Below, in pieces: positions 1-11,001 of a DNA stretch of 64,000 nt. Every line of letters begins with the position of its first letter. The first letter of the stretch is position 1. Location: the NCBI RefSeq assembly GCF_000143415.4, contig NW_003314272.1, positions 1,372,374 through 1,436,373 of the forward strand, read 5' to 3'. Both the position numbers and the translations under genes were made by a program. The notes below the pieces were generated by a model. It searched no databases. It was not told the DNA's origin and saw only the letters and a list, made by a program, of their open reading frames with translations. The stretch is from Selaginella moellendorffii. Lineage: Eukaryota > Plantae > Lycopodiophyta.

Positions 1-294
1 GTAAGAACCTCAGTTATAAATATTTTGTATTGTTAGAAATATAATAATTAAACAATATAAAATTTTTTAATTTATTATACTAATGTTTTCTTTTGGTATA
101 TACAACAATGTAACAACATATTGAAGAAGAAGTATATAAACACCATCGTAGCTTACAATAGTATTTAATTTCAATAAGAGATTTCTTCATGAATATAGAA
201 TAACGTTATAATTAAATTTTACATTTAATATTTAAGATTATCAAAGTAATATCACAAAACATTTGATATGATTTTTGATATTGTTTTTAGTAAT

Positions 295-601
295 TCTACA
301 TTTATCAATATAATAATTAATAATATCATTGCAATATATATTTCAAATACAATTCATAAAGAATCACATGTGATATTTATTTTTAAATCTTCATTTAATA
401 ATAAAAAGGTGAATTTCCATATATTTATTTAAAAGTTACAAGAATGTTAGTTTTACCAAATTCAATACCTTAGAAAGTTTTATAATTACTTGGATTAATA
501 AAAAAAATTTGACCATGAAATTTAATTTTAAATCCATCATTAAAATTATTTCAAATTCATCATATATTAAAGTATAATTTTCCTTTCACTCAAACTATGT
601 G

Positions 602-652
<51 letters not shown>

Positions 653-1240
653 TATATATAAATATATATATATATAATGTTTACATTAAATAATATTAAC
701 ATTTAACTTTATTTTTCTAACTCGTTACTTTCTTTCTATTTTTACTTTCTCTGTTTCTCTTTTATAATAATTAGCTACTAAGTTTTTAAAACTTTTTATT
801 TTTCAAACCATAGTTTTATGGTTTGAATAATTATTATATTAAAGGTTTAGCATTCACAATTCACAAAGTGGTGGGTTAATTTATCATATTTGGGTGATGT
901 TTATATACCTCAAAAGTATAAACAATAGATCTATTTATAATAGACATCTCTAGTTCTTCTTTCCTTATCATCCCTCATGTATAGGAATATTTTATTATGA
1001 GAATGTTGAAATAGCTACCAAAACCTTATTTATTTGTGTGGACTTAACCTTTATTTTTACGGGATCTTATTTTATAATTTTTGGAATTTTAATAGATAGT
1101 CTAAATTACTATAGACAACTATTTAAATTATAATATGAATAGAATGATACTTTGATTATTTATTGTTTTATTGTTATTTGCCCCAATATTAAGTAGCCCA
1201 ACTTGAAAAGAAATAGTTTCTTGATTATAAGAGAGTCATT
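295..1240 (+). repeat. AT-rich dispersed repeat (module spacer); left arm of a diverged inverted pair with 3360-4280
   Basis: Blocks match 3360-4280 in reverse complement (1178-1220 vs 3367-3412; 860-915 vs 3755-3810) and match directly within 20460-21600 and 61930-62740. Boundaries are approximate. Confidence 0.7.
607..676. repeat. (TA)n microsatellite
   Basis: Direct reading of a TA run with two TAAA interruptions. Confidence 0.95.
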
Positions 1241-1764
1241 TGTGAATTAGACATTTAAACCATATGTTTTTATATCCTTCATGACAATATTTCCAAATTT
1301 CATCTTTTAAGCTTTGTACATTAATATTATAAATCTCTCTCACCATTATCAGCTACCAAAATAGAAAATGAATGAGTTTAAATAATAATCTTATTCTTCT
1401 TAGGAAAAAGATAATATTAAGAGTTACATTTACCAAGTAATAATGCATTGTGCGTAGAGGTATTGAACTGAACCTAAAAATAAATTCATACTTTCTGTGT
1501 TTGAAGAAGTTATTGTACAACTATTGTTCTATGTGAATCAGTGTTTCTATTACACTAAATATGATTTTAGAATTGTTCTTTAAATGCATTGAAAATAGCT
1601 AATTGAATAACTAAGAAGACTATCAAAAACCATAAAATACTATAAACTTGAAGCATTTGAAATCTCATATTCTACAATTTAATCATTTCTGTTTTGCTTT
1701 ATAAAACCTGTGTAAAGAATATAGTTAGAATATCCAAAAATATTGAAATATTCACCACTGCTCT

Positions 1765-2130
1765 TAATAAGCAGGACAAGTTCTTGCAAAAGATTGTCGA
1801 CGATCGGCACGGGAATGCAAGGACTTCCTTGATATCATGCTCGAGTTCTACGGAGCAAATACCCAGGGAGAAACACACATCAAGGCAAATCTCTTGGTAA
1901 GAGTTCTTGCTAGTTTGCAGGAGGTGCTTATGGCTGGACCTGATACTTCTGCCCCCACAAGCGAGTGGCTCATGGCCTCGGTGATGCACAAGCCTCGGGT
2001 TTTGATCAAACTCCAGGAAGAGCTTGACAGAGCCGTAGGTGAGAATCATTGGTGAATGCTTGGGCCGTCCACATGGAGCGCTTACTACCTAAGACTCCAC
2101 TGCAAGCCATGCCACTCCAAGACTGGCCAT
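1765..2130 (+). pseudogene. Cytochrome P450 fragment, inverted relative to the intact P450
   Basis: MLEFYGANTQGETHIKANLL, intron remnant, EVLMAGPDTSAPTSEW..KLQEELDR, LVNAWAVHM and KTPLQAM pieces. Collinear with the 5306-6839 gene but with internal deletions. Confidence 0.9.
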
Positions 2131-2152
2131 TAGATATTAGTGGACGTGCCTT

Positions 2153-2830
2153 CTATATCGTTTCTGGATAAGATCTTCGCAAGATAAAGATGCCAATGTC
2201 TTCGCTTTGCCACTGCGGGTGGAGCTCCTCGCTTGGAACGCGCGTAAATTCCAATCCGAGCTCCCTAAGCTTGTGGAAGCACTCGGTCGTCCCAATTCGC
2301 AGCTCGTAGGCCAGGAGGATCCTTGTGCTCTCGCCCGACAGATCCAGTAGCGTCTTTGCCAGCGCGGGCACCGCCTCAATGTCGTACAGGATATCCGAGC
2401 ACAGCACGAAATCCACTGGTGCCGGCACCTGCGAGCAATCGGCGCCCCATTCCAGCTCCAACACCCTCACTCTACTCTCTAGTTGATTCGCCTCCACATT
2501 GCGGCGCAAGCACGGCAGCAATCCAGCGCGGTCAGTGAGGATCACCTCCGACGCGCCCAGCAGCGCCGCCGCCATTCCTGGCAGCCCCGTTCCTGCTCCC
2601 AGCTCCACGACCCTCTTGTCCTTGAAGCCGTGGTGCCCCAGCCCTAGCTCCGCCGATACAGGCGCGATGTCGGCGCCGCCACTCTCGCCTATGGCGGCAA
2701 TTGAATCCAGCCAGTGCGTTAGGACTAGAGCACAGTCCCAAACCCACGCGCCTGTGAAGCACTTGCCCTCCCTGGAGGGATCATCCTCCAAGACCGCAAT
2801 GGATGTCCTTCCTATCTCTACTTGCCTCAT
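2153..2830 (-). CDS. METTL21/Methyltransf_16-family SAM-dependent (protein-lysine) methyltransferase, single exon, 225 aa
   Basis: GAWVWDCALVL, motif I VVELGAGTGLPG, ILTD, LEWG and DFVLCSDILYD motifs; intact ATG-to-stop ORF. Confidence 0.88.
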   Translation of the reverse strand: MRQVEIGRTSIAVLEDDPSREGKCFTGAWVWDCALVLTHWLDSIAAIGESGGADIAPVSAELGLGHHGFKDKRVVELGAGTGLPGMAAALLGASEVILTDRAGLLPCLRRNVEANQLESRVRVLELEWGADCSQVPAPVDFVLCSDILYDIEAVPALAKTLLDLSGESTRILLAYELRIGTTECFHKLRELGLEFTRVPSEELHPQWQSEDIGIFILRRSYPETI

Positions 2831-3359
2831 AGAGCCCTAAAATTTAAATTTAAAATAAGGTTGTGATTTTCTTATAATAAATTTCATAATTTTTCCCTTA
2901 ATTATTTTATAACACAAAATTTTCCTACTTGAATTGGTAGCATCCAAAGCTATGCAAAAGCTTCTTCCTCAAGAGCATTAGACATTAAATGTTTTTTCTT
3001 CTCCTCTCCATCGAAGATTATCCCGTGGACAAAGGCACTAAACCTTGGTTATTATGAAGACCAGACCATGGCTGGTGAAATCAACAACCATGGAATGAGA
3101 GTTCATTTCAACAAATTAAAGGTAATTTCCTTCCCAATGTGGATGAGAAGCAATGCAAGGTGTGACATTCAATGCCATTGCCTCCAGTCTAGGAACCCCT
3201 CCAATCTAGGAACCTCTCCACAAGGAACAATCTCCACTTGATGGCATAGACAAAGGATCTAGGTGCAATTCTTAAAGCTTGTTTAAATCAGTACTAAGAG
3301 AAAATGTTCAATCATATAATTTTTAATTTTAATTTATATCTAAAACACTAACAACTCTT

Positions 3360-4280
3360 ATAATCAAGCAACTATTTCTTTTCAAGTTTGGCTACTTAAT
3401 ATTGGAGCAAATCACATGGGATTAGTGTCTACCTAAAACAAAGTATAATTCTATTTGCATTATAATCTTATTAGCTTAAATAATCTATTATCCTTAGTAA
3501 AATCTATTGGTAAAATACAAGAATGAGGTCAGAATGGATTAACAGATGAAATTAGGAATGATTTTCAATTAAATTAGATCCCATAAAAATAAAGGTCATA
3601 CAAATAAAGAAGGTTTATTGCAAAATTCTCATAGAATAAAAACATGGGTTCCAAAAAAGTATATATTATCATCTTATTCCTTATGATAGAATACACTATA
3701 AAAATTAAAATATTCTTATTCATGAATGATGATGATAAAGGAGAATTAGACTCTTTTGAGTTTCATGAACATCATCCAAATATTATAAATTAAGCCACCA
3801 TTGTGAACTTTAAAATTTTAATATAACAATTGAGACTATAAAAACTTGGTTTGAAAAATTAGAAATTAAATAAGTGGTTTTTATAGAAGAAAACAAAGAA
3901 AAGTAAAAAGAGAAAGCAAGTAGTGAGTTAAAGAAAAAGAGTTAAATGTTAATGTTATTTAATGTGGTCATTATATATATTGCACACATAGTTTAAGTGA
4001 GGGGAAAATCATATTTTAATATGTGATGAAGTTGGAATGATTGTTAATAACGGATTTAAAGTTCTTAAAGATACAATTTTATAGTAAAAAAACTGATTAT
4101 TTAAGTAATTAAACAAATTTACAAGGTATTAAATTTAAATCTTTTCCTAATGAGAAAAAGGTGTATTTCCATCAATTCATTAAAATTTATAAAAATAAGA
4201 TATGTGATATTTTAAGAATTTTATTTTTATATATAATTGCAATGATATATTATTAATGTTTATTTTGATAAATATAAAAT
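3360..4280 (-). repeat. AT-rich repeat, inverted diverged copy of 295-1240
   Basis: Collinear reverse-complement blocks; boundaries approximate. Confidence 0.65.
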
Positions 4281-5305
4281 TATTGTTTATTTGTCAATGA
4301 TAAAAGCTCATTATTCCCTTTTTTATTTGGTGTAATTAATGCTAAAAACAATAATAATTGAATTTGGTTCTTTACATTTGAAAATGTTATTAAAACTTAA
4401 TTTTTAATAGTACTGTTTGAATGGTAAAAAATATGTTAGAAGGTGTTCAATCAATGTTTAATAATGCATATAATGGATTTTTCATGAGACATTTTATTGA
4501 GAATCTACATAAAGTGTTTAAAAATCTTAAGCTTATTTATTTGTTTGAAAAGCATGTTACACACTCACACCTTTGAATTTTAATGCAATTATGGCAAAGA
4601 TTCATAATAAAAATCCAAATGCTATTTTTTGGGTGTTAAATGTGTTAGAGCCAAATTATAACAATTGCATTTTCTTAAAGAATAGTAATCTAGATACTTT
4701 ACAAGTAATATTTTGGAGTCTTTGGATGTGTAATTAATTTAAGCTTGAAATATATTTATCCTTGCGATGTTTAAAAACATTTGATGTAAAATAATTGGCT
4801 TATAGTAACACAACCAAAACTAATAGACAATGTAAAAAAACTTCTTCATAATGCAATTTTATGAGCGTACTATTGTATTGTCATGCATTTAAATCCTACT
4901 ATATTCAAAATATAAATGCACAACCATACTAATGTGGTGAATATATTAACATAGTCTTATTCATGCTTTAGATGGCAAAAAATTAGATTGCCTTGTAATC
5001 ACACGATTGTTATAATGTTATTAAAAAATGAGCATGTGCAAATTTATACTGATAACTTGTTTGCAGGTATGTTTATCCTATTGATATTGAGCATTTAAAA
5101 ACAGATGGTATGTTGCCACTAAAAATTTGTAAACTTTTAAGATGTTTAAAAAAAAATTCACATTGAAAATCTTGAGAAATAGAAATGAAAATTTTGTTTT
5201 GGATGTTGTAGTTTATATGGTAATAACTGATGTTTTAAATTTTCTTATTGATTTTTAGTTATAACCTAATATAAAAATACTTTGCCTTTATTGTTTACTT
5301 GACCC

Positions 5306-6839
5306 TTAGTTGCCATAAACTTCCATCGGCAGCCTTGGAGTGGCCATGGCTTGCAGTGGAGTCTTGAGGTAGCAAGAGCCATTGTAAACCTCCTCTGTGG
5401 ATGGTATTGTCCCTGGCACAAAGCTCCAATCAAAGCTGTGAATGAGATTGGCCACCAGCAGCTCCACTGTTCGCAATCCCAAGGGCATTCCAGGACACAT
5501 TCTACGACCAGATCCAAACGGGAGGAGCTCAAAGTTTTGGCCTTTGAAATCGATGGAGCTCCCCAAGAAGCGCTCTGGGTAAAACTGGGTGGGATTCCCC
5601 CACACTGCCGAATCCATATGCACAGCCCAGACATTCACCAGGAGAGTGGTTCCCTTTGGAACGGTATAACCGGCAATTGTGGCTTCCTGGGTGGCCATGC
5701 GTGGGAAAAGGAGCGTTCCTGGAGGATACATCCTAAGTGTCTCCTTGAGAACAAGCTGGAGATAGTCGAGCTTTGGGAGGTCGGATTCTTGGACCATCTG
5801 GTCACTGCCTACGACTCGGTCAAGCTCCTCCCGGAGCTTGATCAAAACCCGAGGATTATGCATCACCAAGGCCATGATCCATTCGCTTGTGGTAGCAGTA
5901 GCATCAGTCCCAGCCATAAGCATCTCCTGGAATGAAAGTTATAGCAATCACAAAGTACATAAGAAGAAGTCTTACCAACAGATTTGCTTTAACGTGTGTT
6001 TCTCCCTGGGCATTATTTCCGTAGAACTCAAGCATGATATCAAGGAAGTCCTTGCATTCCCGTGTCGTTTCCTTGTGCTCGGCAATGATCTTTCGCAAGA
6101 ACTTCTCTTGTTTCGCATGGATTTGCTTGTACCGAGGGATCTGCCAGTCCAGCCATCTTAAATACCACGGTACGAGGGTGCTAATGCACGAGGGATTGAT
6201 CACCAGGTCGACAATGGAGAGCAGAATCTCTTTGAATTCTAAAGCGTCGGAGTCGACTTCGTCTTCACCAAAGTACCTCTTGCTCATCAAAATCCTGGAC
6301 ATATTGTTGAAAGCAAAAATGGAGAACAGCGATCTTATTTCCACGGGCTTGCTGTTGCTGAAAGACTTTAAGATCTCTCCCAAGGCATGGGAGAGCTCCT
6401 CCTTTCTCATCCACGCAAATGAATCGATGGACTTGGCTGTGAAGAGCTCCATGGAACACAGCTTGCGAGTGTCTTTCCAGTACTTCCCATATGGAGAAGT
6501 TCCAAGTCCCGAATAGTTATAGCTGAAGTGGTCGCCTAAAACCATGTATGGCCTGGAACCAAACTTTATGTCGTGTGTGGTAAATACTTCCTTGATTATC
6601 TTCTGGCTAGAGATAACCACAGTGGGCGTCATTCCCATCTTCAAGAACACAATGGGGCCATACTTTCTGGAGATAGATTGTAAACTCCTATGTGGGGGCT
6701 TTCCTGCCAGTAAATGAAGGTGGCCGATCAGGGGCAGTCCCCATGGGCCTGGGGGGAGGTTTTTGAAAGATCTGTAGCTCCATGATAGAACTAAGAAGAG
6801 AATAAAAGCTACAAAGAGCACAACTGGGAGGATTTCCAT
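5306..6839 (-). CDS. Cytochrome P450, CYP71 clan (A-type), copy 1; exons 6839-5976 and 5926-5306, 494 aa
   Basis: N-terminal anchor, LPPGPWGLPLIGHLH, ETLR, PERF and FGSGRRMCPG; 49-nt phase-0 GT..AG intron (5975-5927) at the conserved A-type position. Confidence 0.95.
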
Positions 6840-7159
6840 GAACGCAAACCTCTTACGCTGCCAATTGGAAAATTGCTTCTTTATAGGGAAGTTCATGACA
6901 CAACACCATATGTTCTACGGTGGAACAGTAATTCTAGCAAGAGTTTGGTTCAATTGTGAGAATTGAACTAAACTCCAAGGCTACGCATGAGGTGTAAGAC
7001 TTAGATACAAATTTTAAAAGAAAAAGTTTGAATATATGGTTAGCATCGTTCATGTGACAAATAAACCTGCAGATGCAACACCTCATCCAAATATCATAGA
7101 GCTCGCAAGGGGACCCAACTTGTATTGTACCTTGGAGCTGGTTTTGAGGAAAATGTAGC

Positions 7160-8820
7160 CACTATCTCACGTCCAAAACTCGCAAACTCGTCAGCCGGCT
7201 GTGAATCCACTGTCCATTCTTGGTTTCCTTCATATCAACCAACCAAAGAATAGAAGCTTCAAGTGTGTCAGACTTTTTGGTTTGAGCATTATGTGCAACT
7301 TTCTTTCTAGAAGAAGTTGACACGATTGAATTTGAACGATAGTTTGGCTTTCCATGAGTTTTCTCATAACACAGTCTCCCGGGAGAGCTCTGCAATCCAC
7401 CAGTCAGTCAAAGCCACAAAGTAACTTTACTTTGGGTAATGTAAGCACGAAAGCCCCTAAAACTTATTCAAATGGACGGGCATACCGTTTCTCTACCAGC
7501 ACTCTGCAACCTCAATTCTGTTCAACAGCAGGTTCTTAAGCTCATCATCGTCCGCGCCAACTAGCGGATCTGGCACCGCCACCAGTATCTTTTGGAGCAA
7601 CTGCTTCACCTCCCGGTTCAGAAACATAAAGTTGTCTCCCAGCCCGAAGCACGTCAAATGGATATGGCCGTCTTCACCTTTGCCTTCGGTCCATAACACC
7701 CAGTTTGAGGGGCTAACCAGCTTTGGCTCCTGTAGAAAGACCAGCAGCGTGACGTTCCCGATATCTCGCGGTACGTCCAAAACACCGAACTCGCATTTAA
7801 GCTTGTCAGCTGAGATGGCTTGTAGCCACCCTGTATCGGGATTTGCTTGCAGATGTGCGGCAAAGCACGAAGCTCTTTCTCGACTCATGCTTGCAATCAA
7901 GACCATGCACCGTCTTCAACTTCGTGTACACCAGTTCTTTGGTTCGCGGTCAGTGCGATATGATGAGCTCAACATAAACCAAACGACAACCATTCTTCGA
8001 CAGGCCCTGGATGACAAGAACAAGGACTACCATTCTTCTCGGCTTCACCATGCCATCTTTCCTACTCGGATTGGAGCTTTCGAGACAGTAATCTTGACGG
8101 AGAAAGCTGGGCCTTCAATGCTGGGGATCACACCAGTTCCTGCATCCGCATGTCAGTTGGCATGCTGCAGCTCAAGCTCGTTCCTTCATAAATGACACAC
8201 TCTCAAAATATAGCCGTGATGCAAGACCGCCCTCTGATCGTTACTTCGATCCAGACTTTGAAGGCAATGCATGACATTCTTGAGTGCCTGATCAGCGGGA
8301 ACTGCCGGAAGAATGCAGCCCCTAAACTCCGAGTCCATGTCGCAGTGCCGGAGGAACCGGCGAACGCCTTACGTTACCAATCCCATGATGCCTCTCATAG
8401 CCGTATAAAATACATATGACGTTATTTGTCGGTGATGTGTCACGTTTGATTTGTTCCACGTGTTCGAACCAAGTTATGAGGACTGGAGCAGAGCCCTAAG
8501 CGGAGACTTCCCATCCAGCTCCTCCCCCAGGACTTGCTCAAGATAGAGCACCATGGAATCCTCGGTGCTGTAGCTTGCAAGCTTGTCTGCGAGCTCCGGG
8601 GTCCGAGGAGGATAAGCCGAAGAATGTACGCTCGCAAGGCTGCAGTAGCAGACGTAAACTCCCAGCTGGCGACTTCCCCGTGCACGATGCCTGGACAAGG
8701 CAAGAGTATTATGCTGCAATGGATGCCTGTGCTTCACTAGTTTGAGAAATGCAGAAGAACGAAGACTTGCCCTCGTCCAACATGTTCCTCAGCTCGTTGA
8801 TGTGCGCATACACTGATCTG
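7160..8820. other. Unassigned coding-like relic upstream of the P450 (duplicated at 24445-26088)
   Basis: GC-richer region with short ORFs (7493-7906 -, 8474-8737 -). The two copies differ by frameshifts and mostly non-synonymous changes; family not recognised. Confidence 0.4.
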
Positions 8821-9193
8821 GGTACATTAACATAATACAAATTAGTGCTGCTTAACGATGTTTAAAAATATTTTTTCCTCTCTTAAAAAAATTGAAAATA
8901 CCTATAAAGTGATATCCACGATGCCCTACCTCTAGAATCTAAGCTCGCGATTACTCAGGCATCTCTTCACACACAGTGACATTGCCTCCTCATAAAGAAA
9001 GTTAATGCTCCCCAAGAGAGATATGAACAAGCTATGATGACAATGATATCAGTGGAATTTTTTTTTAGTATTTAAAATTAGGACGCCCACAAAGCTAACG
9101 AAAATAAAATTTCAGAAGAAACTAGTAATTAATAAATAAAATCAAAATAATCAAAAGATTAAAAGATGTACACTGAGGAACCCAAAGAACATG

Positions 9194-9489
9194 TTAAATG
9201 CTTTATTTCGTTAAAGTGGGACTTATTCAGTAAAGTGGGACATTAATTAGCATGTGTCCACATGCCATTTCCTAGTACTTAATTAATATTTATTAATATT
9301 TCTATCAGTTTTTTAATTTATTTTTTTATATTTCACAATATTATAACACAAAATCATATGAAAAGTTTTTAATTTATAAATTATAAAGTTAAAATTTCAA
9401 TTTTTTATTATTGTTATAAAAATGGCATGTGGCCACACACCATAAGTGGGATAATGAAAAATCCCACTTTAACGAAATAAAGCATTTAA
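9194..9489. mobile_element. MITE, ~290 bp
   Basis: Perfect 28-bp terminal inverted repeat TTAAATGCTTTATTTCGTTAAAGTGGGA (9194-9221 / 9462-9489) that includes a TA or TTAA target duplication; subterminal inverted CACATGCCATTT; AT-rich non-coding core. Confidence 0.85.
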
Positions 9490-9959
9490 GACAAGATGCC
9501 TCATAGAGACAATACCATTGAGTGATGAATATAAAGAAGTGGTGGCAAAGATAGGATGCATTCCACTGAAAAACCAAGCACCTGCTTATGGTTCTGGAAA
9601 TGAGACTAAGAATGGTTTGCTGAAGAAATCAAGTTGTTACGTAACAGATGAAAATGAGCTGGATGAGACTTGAATGTTGGACATTTAAACTGCAACAGAA
9701 ATTTATGCAGTTTTTTTTCTAGACTGATGTCAAATATGATCCAACAAATGTCAAATGTGATATGTTCAGTTTGATGCTAATCTTCCATGTATCGCTCCAA
9801 AGGATATACCATGGAGTGTTAAGGTTAAGGAGCTTAGATGAATGCAGGAGAGAGAAAGCAGAGAGTGTATTGAAGAGATAGATAGATCACTTTAAACAAG
9901 ACAGATTCAGAAGGCAAACTTCCGCTTCTTGTTCACACTCCCTCCCCCGGATCAAAAAA

Positions 9960-11000
9960 GTTAGTTTCGCACACTTCACCGTTTTGCTCGATGTCATTGA
10001 CAATCTCGACACCCTTGGGAATCTTCACCTCCTCTGACACGGAACGGGAACATTGTACTGCAGCAACGCTTTGCACTAGCAATACCTGCATTGTTCGTTC
10101 CTTAAGTATGAGCAGCTACAAAAGCATATGCAACGAACCCTTCACAGCTTGTTTTGTTACCATATGGGACTTGTTGCGGTAGCTCTGGAAGCCGAACTGG
10201 TCATACTTCGATTCCACCAAGAGGAAGCAGAGTACAAACTCGTGCGGCTTACTGGTACCGGCATAGATATTGTTCCATGCCGCTACTGGATGGCGCGCTG
10301 CTAAAGTTGGTTGGGCCAGCGTCCTAGCGTCCTAGTGTAGTCACAGCCCCATTATTCTTGATCACTAGCCTCCATACATAGTGGATAGCATAGGCACCTG
10401 CCATCATTCGCAATTAGCCAACCAATGGTAACTCAGCTTCATTTTCCTCCAGTAGAACAATTTTCAAATCTCCTTTGTAGTATCGCAACAACCTTGGTCT
10501 CGGTTCCAAAGGCTGGCAACCATCGCATGCAATCCTCACAAGATTTCCCCGATCTTCAGATTTGCAGTTTCTAAAATAGGTCATATCCGGTGAAAATTAA
10601 AAGTAAAGGTTGAGTCAATAACATTAAGCCATGTCATTTTATGTATGGACATTTTTCCGTTTTGGCAAAGATCCCAAAGAATATTCTTCCATCCTCTTAA
10701 TAGTCGCCTGTTTCTATCAGATCTATGCTCAACCTAAGAAGAATTAGTAAATGTAAAAAAGGAACTGATAGGCAGAATAGCTCCAAGTAGTACGTAAGCA
10801 ACGGAAAGCTCCTCAAAAACAGAGCCTCAAAGCACCTCATATTCAGTCTGCATGAAGTGCTCCAGGTCTATCGGTTCCATCAGAGTGAATTGAGCCTGGA
10901 CTTTTACACTGCAAAAGTTGAGGTAGTAATCTAGGAACGAAGAGCTCTTAGCCGGTTTAAGCAGGATATATCCTCGCCTAGTGATTTGCCTTGCATGCTT
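9960..11000 (-). pseudogene. Degenerate multi-exon gene relic of uncertain family (possible PD-(D/E)xK-like motif)
   Basis: Fragmented frames such as IHYVWR..WNNIYAGTSKPHEFVLCFLLVESKYDQF; a second copy lies at 52720-53795 (+). Confidence 0.35.
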
Positions 11001-11001
11001 C

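Noticed and set aside
2153-2830. Methyltransferase as a terpenoid tailoring enzyme
   Set aside because: The motifs fit METTL21-type protein methyltransferases rather than SABATH or OMT families, and the gene is absent from units A and C.
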